NCBI GenBank assembly: GCA_019056875.1
Contig: DXJA01000471.1
Span: 1 to 34,298 of the forward strand
Length of the DNA: 34,298 nucleotides
Source: Candidatus Jordarchaeum madagascarense
Lineage (GTDB): Archaea > Asgardarchaeota > Jordiarchaeia > Jordiarchaeales > Jordiarchaeaceae
Direction: 5' to 3'
Below, in pieces: positions 24,177 through 31,927 of this stretch. The translations under genes and the position numbers were made by a program. Every line of letters begins with the position of its first letter. Position 1 is the stretch's first letter. Below the pieces are notes generated by a model, which searched no databases, was not told the origin of the DNA, and saw only the letters and a program-made list of their open reading frames with translations.

Positions 24177-26561
24177 CTAGTAGATTTCTTCTACAACTTT
24201 TTTCAGGTCTTTTATGAGTTTATCTATTTTTTTGGGAGGGTAATTTTTCTGGTAGTGGAAGTTGAGGTGGTGTATTCCGTCAATACTTTTGTCTTCAAGT
24301 TGGAGTCCCAGTTCGCGACGTGTTTTAGCGTCTTTTCTGATTTGGGCTGCATATTCCCTCAACCAGTTGGCTATTCCCTTCACGGTTTCGTCTCCATCCA
24401 CATCATGTAGGCCACACCACAGTTCGCAGCACAGGGAAATAACTTCTATCTCCAAGTCTAGTTCAATTTCGATTGGCAGGTAATATTCGGAGGTTCTTTT
24501 CTTCAAGGAGTAAATGTGTAGCCACTCGTCCAAGCACTCCTGCTCGTCGCCCAGTTCAAAATCTGTACTTGTTTCGAAGACCTTTTTCAGCGTTTCCGTC
24601 ATCTCTTTTTCCCTTAATTCTCTTAATGTATCCTCTGCGGATTCTATAACGTAATCGTTTCCACAGTTATCTATAACTTTGATGAGCGCTTCTTTTACCC
24701 CCTCTCCTCCTATTTCCCCAAGGGCATAAACCGCAGCTGACATGACATGCCTCCACTGGCACTCTTCCTCCTCGTCTTCATCACAAAACTCATCCTCTTC
24801 CTCATAATCCTGTTCCCCTTCTTCGTACCAATCGCCTTTTAGGATTTGTATGAGCGGTTTCAGAGCTCTCTCATCTTTCAAGTCTCCTAGGGCACTTGCT
24901 GCCTCTTCACGAACACAATTATATTTATCCTTTAGTGCCTTTATGAGTGGTTCAACCGCTCGTGCATCTTTTATCTTTCCAAGGGCGCCCACGGCCTTAC
25001 TTCGAACGTTTTTACTCTCATCCTTTAGTGCCTTTATGAGTGGTTCCACGGCTCCCGAATACTTCATTTTTCCTAGAGCGTGTGCTGCTCCTCCTCGAAT
25101 CCGTTCATCCTCATTTTTTAGTGCTTGCATAAGGGGTTCGATTGCTGGTTCCCCTATTCTTACCATGGCGTCTGCTGTGCCCCATAGAACGCCCAAACTT
25201 TCATCCTTTTTTAGAAATTCTATCAGTAGTGTTATCGCTGGCTCTCCAACTTCATCTGCTAGCCTGATCCATTTCTCCTTTCCAACAAGGTAATAGGTGT
25301 ATTCAATATTGTTTTTGGGTTTCCAGTCCATCTTGTCGAGTGCCTCTGCTGCTTCTTTTCGAACTTCCTTATGTTCGTCCTCTAAAACGTGGATGAGGGG
25401 TTCTACTGCTCTCCTGTCACCTATTTTTCCAAGAGTTTTTATGGCTCCTTCTCGCACGCATCTATTTTTGTCCTTTAGCGATTGTATGAGGGGTTCCACT
25501 GCGGGCTCTCCTACTTCCAGTAAATCGTCCCACTTTTGCAGTGCGATTAGGTGATAGGCTCGCTCGGTGCCGTCTTTGGGTTTCCAGCTCATTCTCTCAA
25601 GTGCCTTCGCCGCATTCTCTCTAATATCCTTGTTTTCATCTTTTAATAGGTGTATGAGGGGTTGTACCGCGGGTTCTCCGATTTCATTTAGCTTTTCCCA
25701 TTTTTGCTTTGCAATCAGGTAATACGCTTCTTCGGTTTTGTTTTTGGGTTTCCAGCCAATCTTCTCAAGTGACTCTGCCGCGTCGCGTTTAATCTGGCAA
25801 TCTTTATCCTGTAAATACTGAGTAAGTAGCTCCACTATCCCTTCAAAGCCTATTTTTACAAGAGTCTCTGCTGCAGACCTTCGAACAAGGCTACTCTCAT
25901 CCCTCAAAGCCTGTGTGAGTGGTTCCACCGCTCTCCCATCACCTAAGTATCCTAGTGACTCCGCTGCATCCCATCGAACATATCCATCTACATCTTTTAG
26001 GGCTTCTAAGAGTGGTTCCACCGCCTGTACATTTTTCAGCGTTCCCAGAGCACGGGCTGCTTGCGCCCGAACGTATCCACTCGTGTTTTTTAGTGCTTGT
26101 ATCAGGACATCCACAGCCCTTTCATCACCTATACGCCCCAAGCCGAATATGGCGACCTCTAACATCTCCTCATCTTTATCGTCTTTCTCTATGGTTTTGA
26201 TAAGTGGTTCCACTGCTCTTCTATCTTTTATGTCTCCTAGAGCTTGTGCTGCTTTAACCCGAACTTCGTGTTCCTCATCTTTCTCCAGAGTTTTGATGAG
26301 TGGCTCCACGGCTATTTCACTCTTTGCTTCTCCCAGAGCGAGTGCTGCCGCGGCTCTGACTCCCCCGTCTTCATCTTTTAGGATCTTTAGGAGTGCGTCC
26401 ACTGCGGGTTTACCTATCTCCCCTAGGGCAAACGCCGCATTGATTCGAAGTTCCTTATTGTTTTTCAGGATATCTGTAAGACCTTTAACATCTTTCTGAG
26501 CTTTCATTCTTTCCACATGACCCTGTGGTGAATCCCAATATAGTGAACCTATCTTCAACAC
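24177..26561 (-). CDS. HEAT-repeat (PBS-lyase type) protein with C-terminal X domain (copy B)
   Basis: About 16 repeats of the type AVEPLIxxLKDxxxxVRxxAAxALGxIGD. Three repeats are interleaved with W-K-P-K...Y(Y/H)L(I/V)...(K/Q)KW segments. An acidic Cys-containing linker follows. The last 141 aa (24177-24602) align with the other X copies. Confidence 0.9.
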   Translation of the reverse strand: MLKIGSLYWDSPQGHVERMKAQKDVKGLTDILKNNKELRINAAFALGEIGKPAVDALLKILKDEDGGVRAAAALALGEAKSEIAVEPLIKTLEKDEEHEVRVKAAQALGDIKDRRAVEPLIKTIEKDDKDEEMLEVAIFGLGRIGDERAVDVLIQALKNTSGYVRAQAARALGTLKNVQAVEPLLEALKDVDGYVRWDAAESLGYLGDGRAVEPLTQALRDESSLVRRSAAETLVKIGFEGIVELLTQYLQDKDCQIKRDAAESLEKIGWKPKNKTEEAYYLIAKQKWEKLNEIGEPAVQPLIHLLKDENKDIRENAAKALERMSWKPKDGTERAYHLIALQKWDDLLEVGEPAVEPLIQSLKDKNRCVREGAIKTLGKIGDRRAVEPLIHVLEDEHKEVRKEAAEALDKMDWKPKNNIEYTYYLVGKEKWIRLADEVGEPAITLLIEFLKKDESLGVLWGTADAMVRIGEPAIEPLMQALKNEDERIRGGAAHALGKMKYSGAVEPLIKALKDESKNVRSKAVGALGKIKDARAVEPLIKALKDKYNCVREEAASALGDLKDERALKPLIQILKGDWYEEGEQDYEEEDEFCDEDEEEECQWRHVMSAAVYALGEIGGEGVKEALIKVIDNCGNDYVIESAEDTLRELREKEMTETLKKVFETSTDFELGDEQECLDEWLHIYSLKKRTSEYYLPIEIELDLEIEVISLCCELWCGLHDVDGDETVKGIANWLREYAAQIRKDAKTRRELGLQLEDKSIDGIHHLNFHYQKNYPPKKIDKLIKDLKKVVEEIY
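24603..26504 (-). repeat. in-frame tandem HEAT-repeat coding array (about 93-nt period)
   Basis: Recurrent AVEPLI / VRxxAAxALG units are seen in the translation. The DNA shows recurring gagtggttccac-type strings. Confidence 0.8.
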
Positions 26562-26638
26562 CTCCTCACTCTACTGCTCGATAATTTTGTGTAAAGCAGT
26601 ATTATTATTTGAAACTGTTTTTCAAGTTTTAGTTTCTC

Positions 26639-27274
26639 TCAATACCAAATTGTGATGGGTGACCAGACTTCTTCCACGAGTTTCTTCGAGAATTTTAGGA
26701 AGTCTTCCAGTTCTTTGTAGGAGTAGCACTTCTCGTAGCGGAAGTAGATGTGGTGTATGCCGTCAACATTCGACTCCTCTAGGTCGAATCCTAGTTCCAG
26801 TATTTGCTGCTCGCTTGCCTCCATGTAGTCCGCATACTTCTCGAACCAGTCTGCTACTTTCTCGGGGGTCTCATCCTCACCCGCTTCATGCAAGCCTAAT
26901 GATAATTCAAAACGCAAACAGATAGCCTCACTCCGAGGGTGAAAGCAAACCTCGATGGGAACATAAAATCCTGAGAGTTTTTTACTCTCAAACCGATAAA
27001 CTTGCGACCGCCTGCTGCAGGTATCCTCTCTTTCCAGAGTGCAATCAGCATCAGCTTCAAGACCCTTTCTAACAGCATCTATTACTTTCCGAGTGTTCTC
27101 GTCCAGATTCTCTTCTGAATCTACTCCCTGTTCCTCGTCTTCTTCTTCCTCGTCCTCGTAGTCCTCGTCTTCCTCGTAATCTTCCTCTTCTTCGTATTCT
27201 TCTGCTTCCTCTTCCTCGTCTTCCTCTCGGTTTTCACCTGATTCTGAGTCTTTTTTTGTTTCTTTCTTTTTCAT
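26639..27274 (-). CDS. polyacidic-tail plus X-domain protein (copy C)
   Basis: N-terminal D/E/Y-rich run (EEDEEEEAEEYEEEEDYEEDEDYEDEEEEDEE). The last 153 aa (26639-27100) contain DCTL, YVPIEVCF, ICLRFELSLGL, VADWFEKYADYME, ILELGF, VDGIHHIYFRYEK and LVEEVW. I prefer ATG 27274; the longest ORF starts at GTG 27283. Confidence 0.8.
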   Translation of the reverse strand: MKKKETKKDSESGENREEDEEEEAEEYEEEEDYEEDEDYEDEEEEDEEQGVDSEENLDENTRKVIDAVRKGLEADADCTLEREDTCSRRSQVYRFESKKLSGFYVPIEVCFHPRSEAICLRFELSLGLHEAGEDETPEKVADWFEKYADYMEASEQQILELGFDLEESNVDGIHHIYFRYEKCYSYKELEDFLKFSKKLVEEVWSPITIWY

Positions 27275-27350
27275 TATAATCACTACCTTTTTGGATTGTG
27301 TGTATTCTCAAATTTTGAGACGCTGCCTAATTTTTTTCAGTTTTCAGCTT

Positions 27351-29024
27351 TTATTCCCAATCCCAATCGTATTCCTCGTCGTGTAAAAACTGGGGTGACT
27401 GATAGATTTCTTCGGTGATTTTTTTCAGATCCTTCACCAGCTTTTCCACCTGGTCGAAGGAGTATAGTCTATAGTAACGGTAGTAGATGTAGTCTATGTC
27501 CTTGATGACTGGGTCTTCGGATTCGAATCTCATTTCCCGAAGTAGCCTATCAGCCCCTTCTATCAGTTCCGCATGTTTCATTAGCCAGCCAGCTACTCCT
27601 TTCAGGCTTTTATTATTTTTTTCTGGTCCGAACAGCCCACAGAATAGTTGGCAGTGCAGGAAGATGTCCTCGTCTTCCGAGTTGAACTCCATCTTGATTG
27701 GCAGGTAGGATTTGGAGCTTTCCCTCTCCAAGCGGATGTGTAGATAACCTTCTTCATCGTCGTACAAATATCGTAGAGTGCAACCCGCATTAGTTTTCAG
27801 GCCTTTTTTCAAGGCTTGTAACACTTCCTCTGCTCTCTCGGATTGCAGGATATCTTTTGCAACCTCCTGAACGCCACAATACGGATCCTTTAGAGCCTCG
27901 ATTAGGGCTTTCTTTACTCTGTCGTCTTTCATTTCGCTAAGAGAAATTGCGGCTTCCTCCCGAACCTGGCCTTCCTTATCCTCTTTTAGAACACGTATCA
28001 GGGGCTCTATTACCCTTGCATCATTTATGCGACCTAGTGCGGATACTGCATTCTGCCGAACGAAGAGATCTTTATCTCTCAGTGCTTCAATAAGGGGTTC
28101 CACGACACTAACATCCTTTATTTTTCCTAGAGCCTCTACAGCATCCCTTTGAACCCACTCATTCTCATCCTTTAGAAGTTGTATTAGTGGTTCTACTGCC
28201 CGCTTATCCCCTATCTTTCCCAACGCTTCGGCTGCTTCCCTTCGCACATCATCTTTCGCATCATTTAGAATTTGTATTAGCGGCTCCACAGCCCTTGTAT
28301 CTCTTATAACCCCAAGGGCCCAAGAGGCCGCTTCTTTGAGTTTTGAGCTTTTTTCAGTTAGAGCTTGTATTAGTGGTTCTACTGCCTGCTTATCTCTTAT
28401 CTTTCCTAGAGCTATGGCAATTTCGCTTCGTGTAACCCAATCCCGCTGGTTCGTATCTTTCATAGTTTGTATTAGTGGTTCCGCCGCTCGTTTATCCCCT
28501 ATTTTTCCCAGTGCTTCTGCAGCATCTTTTCGAAGATAATTATCCTCTCTTAGAATCCGTATTAGTGGTTCCACCGCCCGCTCATCTCCTATCTCTCCCA
28601 GCACGTTTACCGCTGCTTCTCGAACGGAGTCTTCTTCATCATTTAGGGCTTGTATTAGTGGTTCCACGGCTCTCTCATCTTTCATCTTTTCGAGAGTCCA
28701 TATTGTCTGGCTTCGAATAAACTTGTCATCACTCTTCAGGGTTTGAATTAGGGGTTCTACTGCTCTCTTATCTCCTATTTCGCGTAGAGCCAGTATAACG
28801 AGATATTGAACATCCTTCGATTTTTCCTCTAGAGCTTTTGCTAGATGTTCTACTGCGGGTCTACCCATCTCTTCAAGAGCATGTAACGCCTTTAATCCCA
28901 CATCCGAGTTTTTCTCATGCCTTAAGACCTTTACCAGGCTTTCCGCATCTCTCTTTATTTCCATTCGGTAAACATCATCCAACGTGAAATTGAAATTCGA
29001 ATCCGGTGTTCCCATCTTTAGCAT
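27351..29024 (-). CDS. HEAT-repeat (PBS-lyase type) protein with C-terminal X domain (copy D)
   Basis: About 11 AVEPLIQxL...VRxxAAEALGKIGD repeats. The last 160 aa (27351-27833) carry GCTL, YLPIKMEF, IFLHCQLFCGL, VAGWLMKHAELIE, IKDIDYIYYRYYR and ITEEIY. GAGGAG abuts the first ATG (29024). The second ATG (29015) has 9-nt spacing. Confidence 0.9.
   Translation of the reverse strand: MLKMGTPDSNFNFTLDDVYRMEIKRDAESLVKVLRHEKNSDVGLKALHALEEMGRPAVEHLAKALEEKSKDVQYLVILALREIGDKRAVEPLIQTLKSDDKFIRSQTIWTLEKMKDERAVEPLIQALNDEEDSVREAAVNVLGEIGDERAVEPLIRILREDNYLRKDAAEALGKIGDKRAAEPLIQTMKDTNQRDWVTRSEIAIALGKIRDKQAVEPLIQALTEKSSKLKEAASWALGVIRDTRAVEPLIQILNDAKDDVRREAAEALGKIGDKRAVEPLIQLLKDENEWVQRDAVEALGKIKDVSVVEPLIEALRDKDLFVRQNAVSALGRINDARVIEPLIRVLKEDKEGQVREEAAISLSEMKDDRVKKALIEALKDPYCGVQEVAKDILQSERAEEVLQALKKGLKTNAGCTLRYLYDDEEGYLHIRLERESSKSYLPIKMEFNSEDEDIFLHCQLFCGLFGPEKNNKSLKGVAGWLMKHAELIEGADRLLREMRFESEDPVIKDIDYIYYRYYRLYSFDQVEKLVKDLKKITEEIYQSPQFLHDEEYDWDWE
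27840..28952 (-). repeat. in-frame tandem HEAT-repeat coding array with high nucleotide-level identity
   Basis: The 14-mer tgtattagtggttc occurs exactly at 28180, 28366, 28468 and 28651, with close variants at 28273 and 28558. The spacings are 93, 93, 102, 90 and 93 nt. Confidence 0.85.
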
Positions 29025-29136
29025 CTCCTCACAGGATTTGCCCGTAAGTTGTTGCGATTAATGGTGTGGTTTGTAACTTCTTTCTCACCCTGTTTTGGTT
29101 TTTTTCATTTTTGAACCAAATAATCATGTTGATTAC

Positions 29137-29640
29137 TCAGTCTATGTATGATAACTCCTCAATGTCTTTCGGGAGTTCCTCTGTTTGGTCGAAGGAGTAG
29201 TCTTTCCGATAGTAGAAATCCATATCGCGTATGCCATCAATTTTGGATCCGTCCTCTCGGAATCCTAGTTCCAGTACCTTCTGCTCCGTTTCCTCCATGT
29301 AGTTTGCGTGCGCTTTGAACCAGCGTGCTAGTTCCTTTGCGCTCTCTTCGTATGCTTCAGTGATGCCGAAGGAAAGTTGGTAACGTAGGGAGATGGTTCC
29401 TGTGGGGTTGAAAATAATTTTGACAGGGACCTCCCAATCGAACTTCTTTCCCATCATCATCACCTGATAGACCGGTAATGATTCATTGTCGGTATCAGCG
29501 TCTTCTTCCAGTGTGCATCCAATGTTTTCTTCCAGACTCTTTTTAACAGAGTCCACCACTTCCCAGACCTTTTTTCTTAATTTTGCCTCTTTTTCCTCTT
29601 TACCTAATTTCGTAGCTCTTTTCGACTTTTTCCCTTTCAA
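29137..29640 (-). CDS. standalone X-domain protein (copy E)
   Basis: K-rich N-terminus, then GCTLEED, VPVKIIF, ISLRYQLSFGI, LARWFKAHANYMEE, VLELGF, IDGIRDMDFYYRKDY. TTG start with GGAG 11 nt upstream. Confidence 0.8.
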   Translation of the reverse strand: MKGKKSKRATKLGKEEKEAKLRKKVWEVVDSVKKSLEENIGCTLEEDADTDNESLPVYQVMMMGKKFDWEVPVKIIFNPTGTISLRYQLSFGITEAYEESAKELARWFKAHANYMEETEQKVLELGFREDGSKIDGIRDMDFYYRKDYSFDQTEELPKDIEELSYID

Positions 29641-29692
29641 TTCTTTCGCTACTCCTTTTTTGATTAAATGTATTTTCTGTAAATTTGAGGCA

Positions 29693-30466
29693 TCATTTAG
29701 TTTCTTGTTTTCCGCTTTTATTCTCCTCGAAAGGTTTTTTTGTTTCTTGTTTATCTTTTTGTGGAATGAAATTTTCTTGGATTAGCCTCTTGGCTTCTTC
29801 GCTATATCTAGTTTTTATCTTAGTTTTTTGCTTGGTGTATTTAATCGTGTCTTTGAACGCTTCAAGCGATTCATGATTGTACTTGATGTGTTTTAGCCGT
29901 ACTTCTTCAAAATAAGAAGCTTCAACCTTTTCCTCAAAATTGATTATTTCTGATTCATAATCTGTGTGAACGTGGCGATAATGAGAAATCTTGGAATTTT
30001 CACAGGCTTCCTCCAGTGTCATTTTTCTCTTCATAGCCAATTGGAGAATTAGGCTGTCCATTGGTGGAGCCACATTCTCTTTGCAACGGGGGCAGTAAAA
30101 TGAGAGACGTTGCATCATTTCTTCGCGTTTCCTGTTTAGGTAGATTTCCCGCCTCTCAATCTCCTCTATTGAAAATTTTGGAAGCTTTTTGATTCTTTGA
30201 TAGTTCTTTGCAATATCCTCTGTAATGACTAATTTATTTACGGTCTCCGTATTATCGGCGTTTGGCGGGTCTTTTGATTTAACTAGGTTTAGTTTTACTG
30301 CTTCCAACAGTTGGTTTGGAGTCATCCTAAAATCGATGGGCGCAGTTGTAAAGCTTACCCACTGAGGATAATTTTTCCCATACTCCACAATCGTAGTCTT
30401 ATGTCTTTTTAGGTGGCTTGGAAGGTATTGGACTTGCTCCCCACAGATTCTACATTTATCACTCAT
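29693..30466 (-). CDS. zinc-finger protein (C2H2-like plus CxxC...HxxHxH), K/E-rich
   Basis: The N-terminal CRICGEQVQYLPSHLKRH has a Cx2C-x9-H-x3-H pattern. A second site is CPRCKENV ... HYRHVH. The ATG has GGAGTGA 6 nt upstream. Confidence 0.65.
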   Translation of the reverse strand: MSDKCRICGEQVQYLPSHLKRHKTTIVEYGKNYPQWVSFTTAPIDFRMTPNQLLEAVKLNLVKSKDPPNADNTETVNKLVITEDIAKNYQRIKKLPKFSIEEIERREIYLNRKREEMMQRLSFYCPRCKENVAPPMDSLILQLAMKRKMTLEEACENSKISHYRHVHTDYESEIINFEEKVEASYFEEVRLKHIKYNHESLEAFKDTIKYTKQKTKIKTRYSEEAKRLIQENFIPQKDKQETKKPFEENKSGKQETK

Positions 30467-30503
30467 TACTATTCACTCCGCTCTTTCTCAAAGGCAATTA
30501 TTT

Positions 30504-30818
30504 TCATCGTCTTTTGATACTTTGATTAGGGGTGGCCAATTCTTCGCCTCTTATTTTTTCCAAAGCCCAAACCACTCTTTCTTGAACGCTTGAATTTTTA
30601 TCTTTTAAAGCCTCATTCAGTGGTTCCACCGCTCTCAAATCCCCAAGTTCACCTAGAGCCCCAGCCGCGCCCCATCGCACATACTCGTTTTCATCCTTTA
30701 GTGCTTTAATGAGCCGTTCCATTATAACTGACCAGTCTTTATTATACTTTGTTAATAGTTCAATATTCCTATGTGCTTCTTTTACTTCGGCTTTCTTTGT
30801 GGAGAGTTCAATTCGCAT
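30504..30818 (-). CDS. mini HEAT-repeat protein (two repeats)
   Basis: [51 protein letters not shown] is the same repeat type as in the large HEAT proteins. The ATG at 30818 has GGAGG 7 nt upstream. The longest ORF starts at TTG 30824. Confidence 0.75.
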   Translation of the reverse strand: MRIELSTKKAEVKEAHRNIELLTKYNKDWSVIMERLIKALKDENEYVRWGAAGALGELGDLRAVEPLNEALKDKNSSVQERVVWALEKIRGEELATPNQSIKRR

Positions 30819-30848
30819 TCCCAAACCTCCTTAAATATTCTGGGAGCT

Positions 30849-31796
30849 TTATCCCTTCGTTTTTCTCTTGAGTCCCTTATTCCGCTGATTTTCGGAGAAG
30901 GGTTTTCTAAAATTTTTTTCAACTCTATTTTTCTCTGATTCCAGAAGTTGTCTCAGCTCACTATCCTCAACATTTTGGCTTCCGCTATTAACTTCAAATC
31001 CTGACTCGTCACCTAGATCATCGTCACTGGGTTGAGAAGTGTCTTCCCTCCTACTGCTTATTCCATAGGCTTTCTCTATCTTTTCCAATCCTCGATTTTC
31101 TCTTTGAAAAATCGCTGATCTGTAATTGTTAGCACGGGGGTTACTTGGATATTGAGGATTAGCACTGTGACTGTGACTGTTACCGTTGATGGTGCCTTGA
31201 GGGTTGAGGTATGCTTCGTTTGATTGGTGTCGTGTTTTCATAAGCCAATATAATTTATTGAGTAGTGCTATGCCGATTATTGAGGGGATCAAGACCAGAG
31301 CTACTATTTCGAAGGGGAACGGTTGCACATTCAGGTTGGGCACCAGATAAATGCTCTCCGCGTAAAGGTAGAATACAATAATTGCGGTGATGGAGACTGT
31401 GGATATTGGTGCCAGTCTTAGGCTCCACTTCATTTTTCTTTTGGCCAGTACAACTACGGTTGCCGTTATCATGGTTGAGGAGAATAGGCTGACCAAATGC
31501 TTTTGCACGGTGTGTACTTCCGTCCAGCCGGGAAGGGCACTGTAAAACACTAGGTATAGGCCAGAGAAGGATAATATTGTTAGTACAAATCGCCAGTGGT
31601 TTCTTAAAAAGTTGTAAGTGGATCTTAGTAACCAGTGCATAAATCGTACCTGGTCTCTCAGCATATAGTAGAGCAGAAAATCGTGCTTAAAGTAAAGGGC
31701 ACACATACAAAAAATGTAAACCAAGATAATTACTACAACTATGGCGAAAACGGTACCCAGTGTGGAAGTAATATTTGAAAAAAAGCTTTCAAACAT
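30849..31796 (-). CDS. polytopic membrane protein with disordered C-terminal tail
   Basis: About six hydrophobic helices are followed by a polar, charged tail. The ATG at 31796 has GGAGG (31805-31809) 8 nt upstream. The longest ORF starts at TTG 31811. Confidence 0.65.
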   Translation of the reverse strand: MFESFFSNITSTLGTVFAIVVVIILVYIFCMCALYFKHDFLLYYMLRDQVRFMHWLLRSTYNFLRNHWRFVLTILSFSGLYLVFYSALPGWTEVHTVQKHLVSLFSSTMITATVVVLAKRKMKWSLRLAPISTVSITAIIVFYLYAESIYLVPNLNVQPFPFEIVALVLIPSIIGIALLNKLYWLMKTRHQSNEAYLNPQGTINGNSHSHSANPQYPSNPRANNYRSAIFQRENRGLEKIEKAYGISSRREDTSQPSDDDLGDESGFEVNSGSQNVEDSELRQLLESEKNRVEKNFRKPFSENQRNKGLKRKTKG

Positions 31797-31927
31797 TCCA
31801 ACATCCTCCAAATTCTAATTCATTGAAGACCATATTTTTCCGGAAACATTCTACCAGAAATTCAATAAGTGAATAAAAAAGGGGATATTGTGCGGGAGAC
31901 CCCTTAGAAGATATCTGTTTGGTGCTA

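Noticed and set aside
24850-26499. Long plus-strand ORFs (24850-25293, 25297-25554, 25915-26499, 25919-26200) antisense to the 794-aa HEAT gene. Similar ones lie at 28336-28720, antisense to the 557-aa HEAT gene.
   Set aside because: Their translations are low-complexity S/A/R/P-rich strings with the same periodicity as the HEAT repeats on the other strand. They are the expected stop-poor antisense frames of a repetitive, codon-biased gene, and none has an SD.
27306-27320. Perfect 7+1+7 palindrome tctcaaa-t-tttgaga, 23-37 nt upstream of the copy-C X gene. A related half-site, aaatttgagg, lies upstream of copy E (about 29677-29686).
   Set aside because: About two perfect 7-bp-arm palindromes at a fixed spacing are expected by chance in 34 kb (N / 4^7), and more in A/T-rich spacers. 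There is too little evidence to call it an operator.
27840-28952. Regularly spaced repeats that might be mistaken for a CRISPR-like array.
   Set aside because: The period (about 93 nt) equals one 31-aa HEAT unit, and the repeats lie in frame inside a long ORF. The sequences between them are themselves conserved repeat sequence, not unique spacers.
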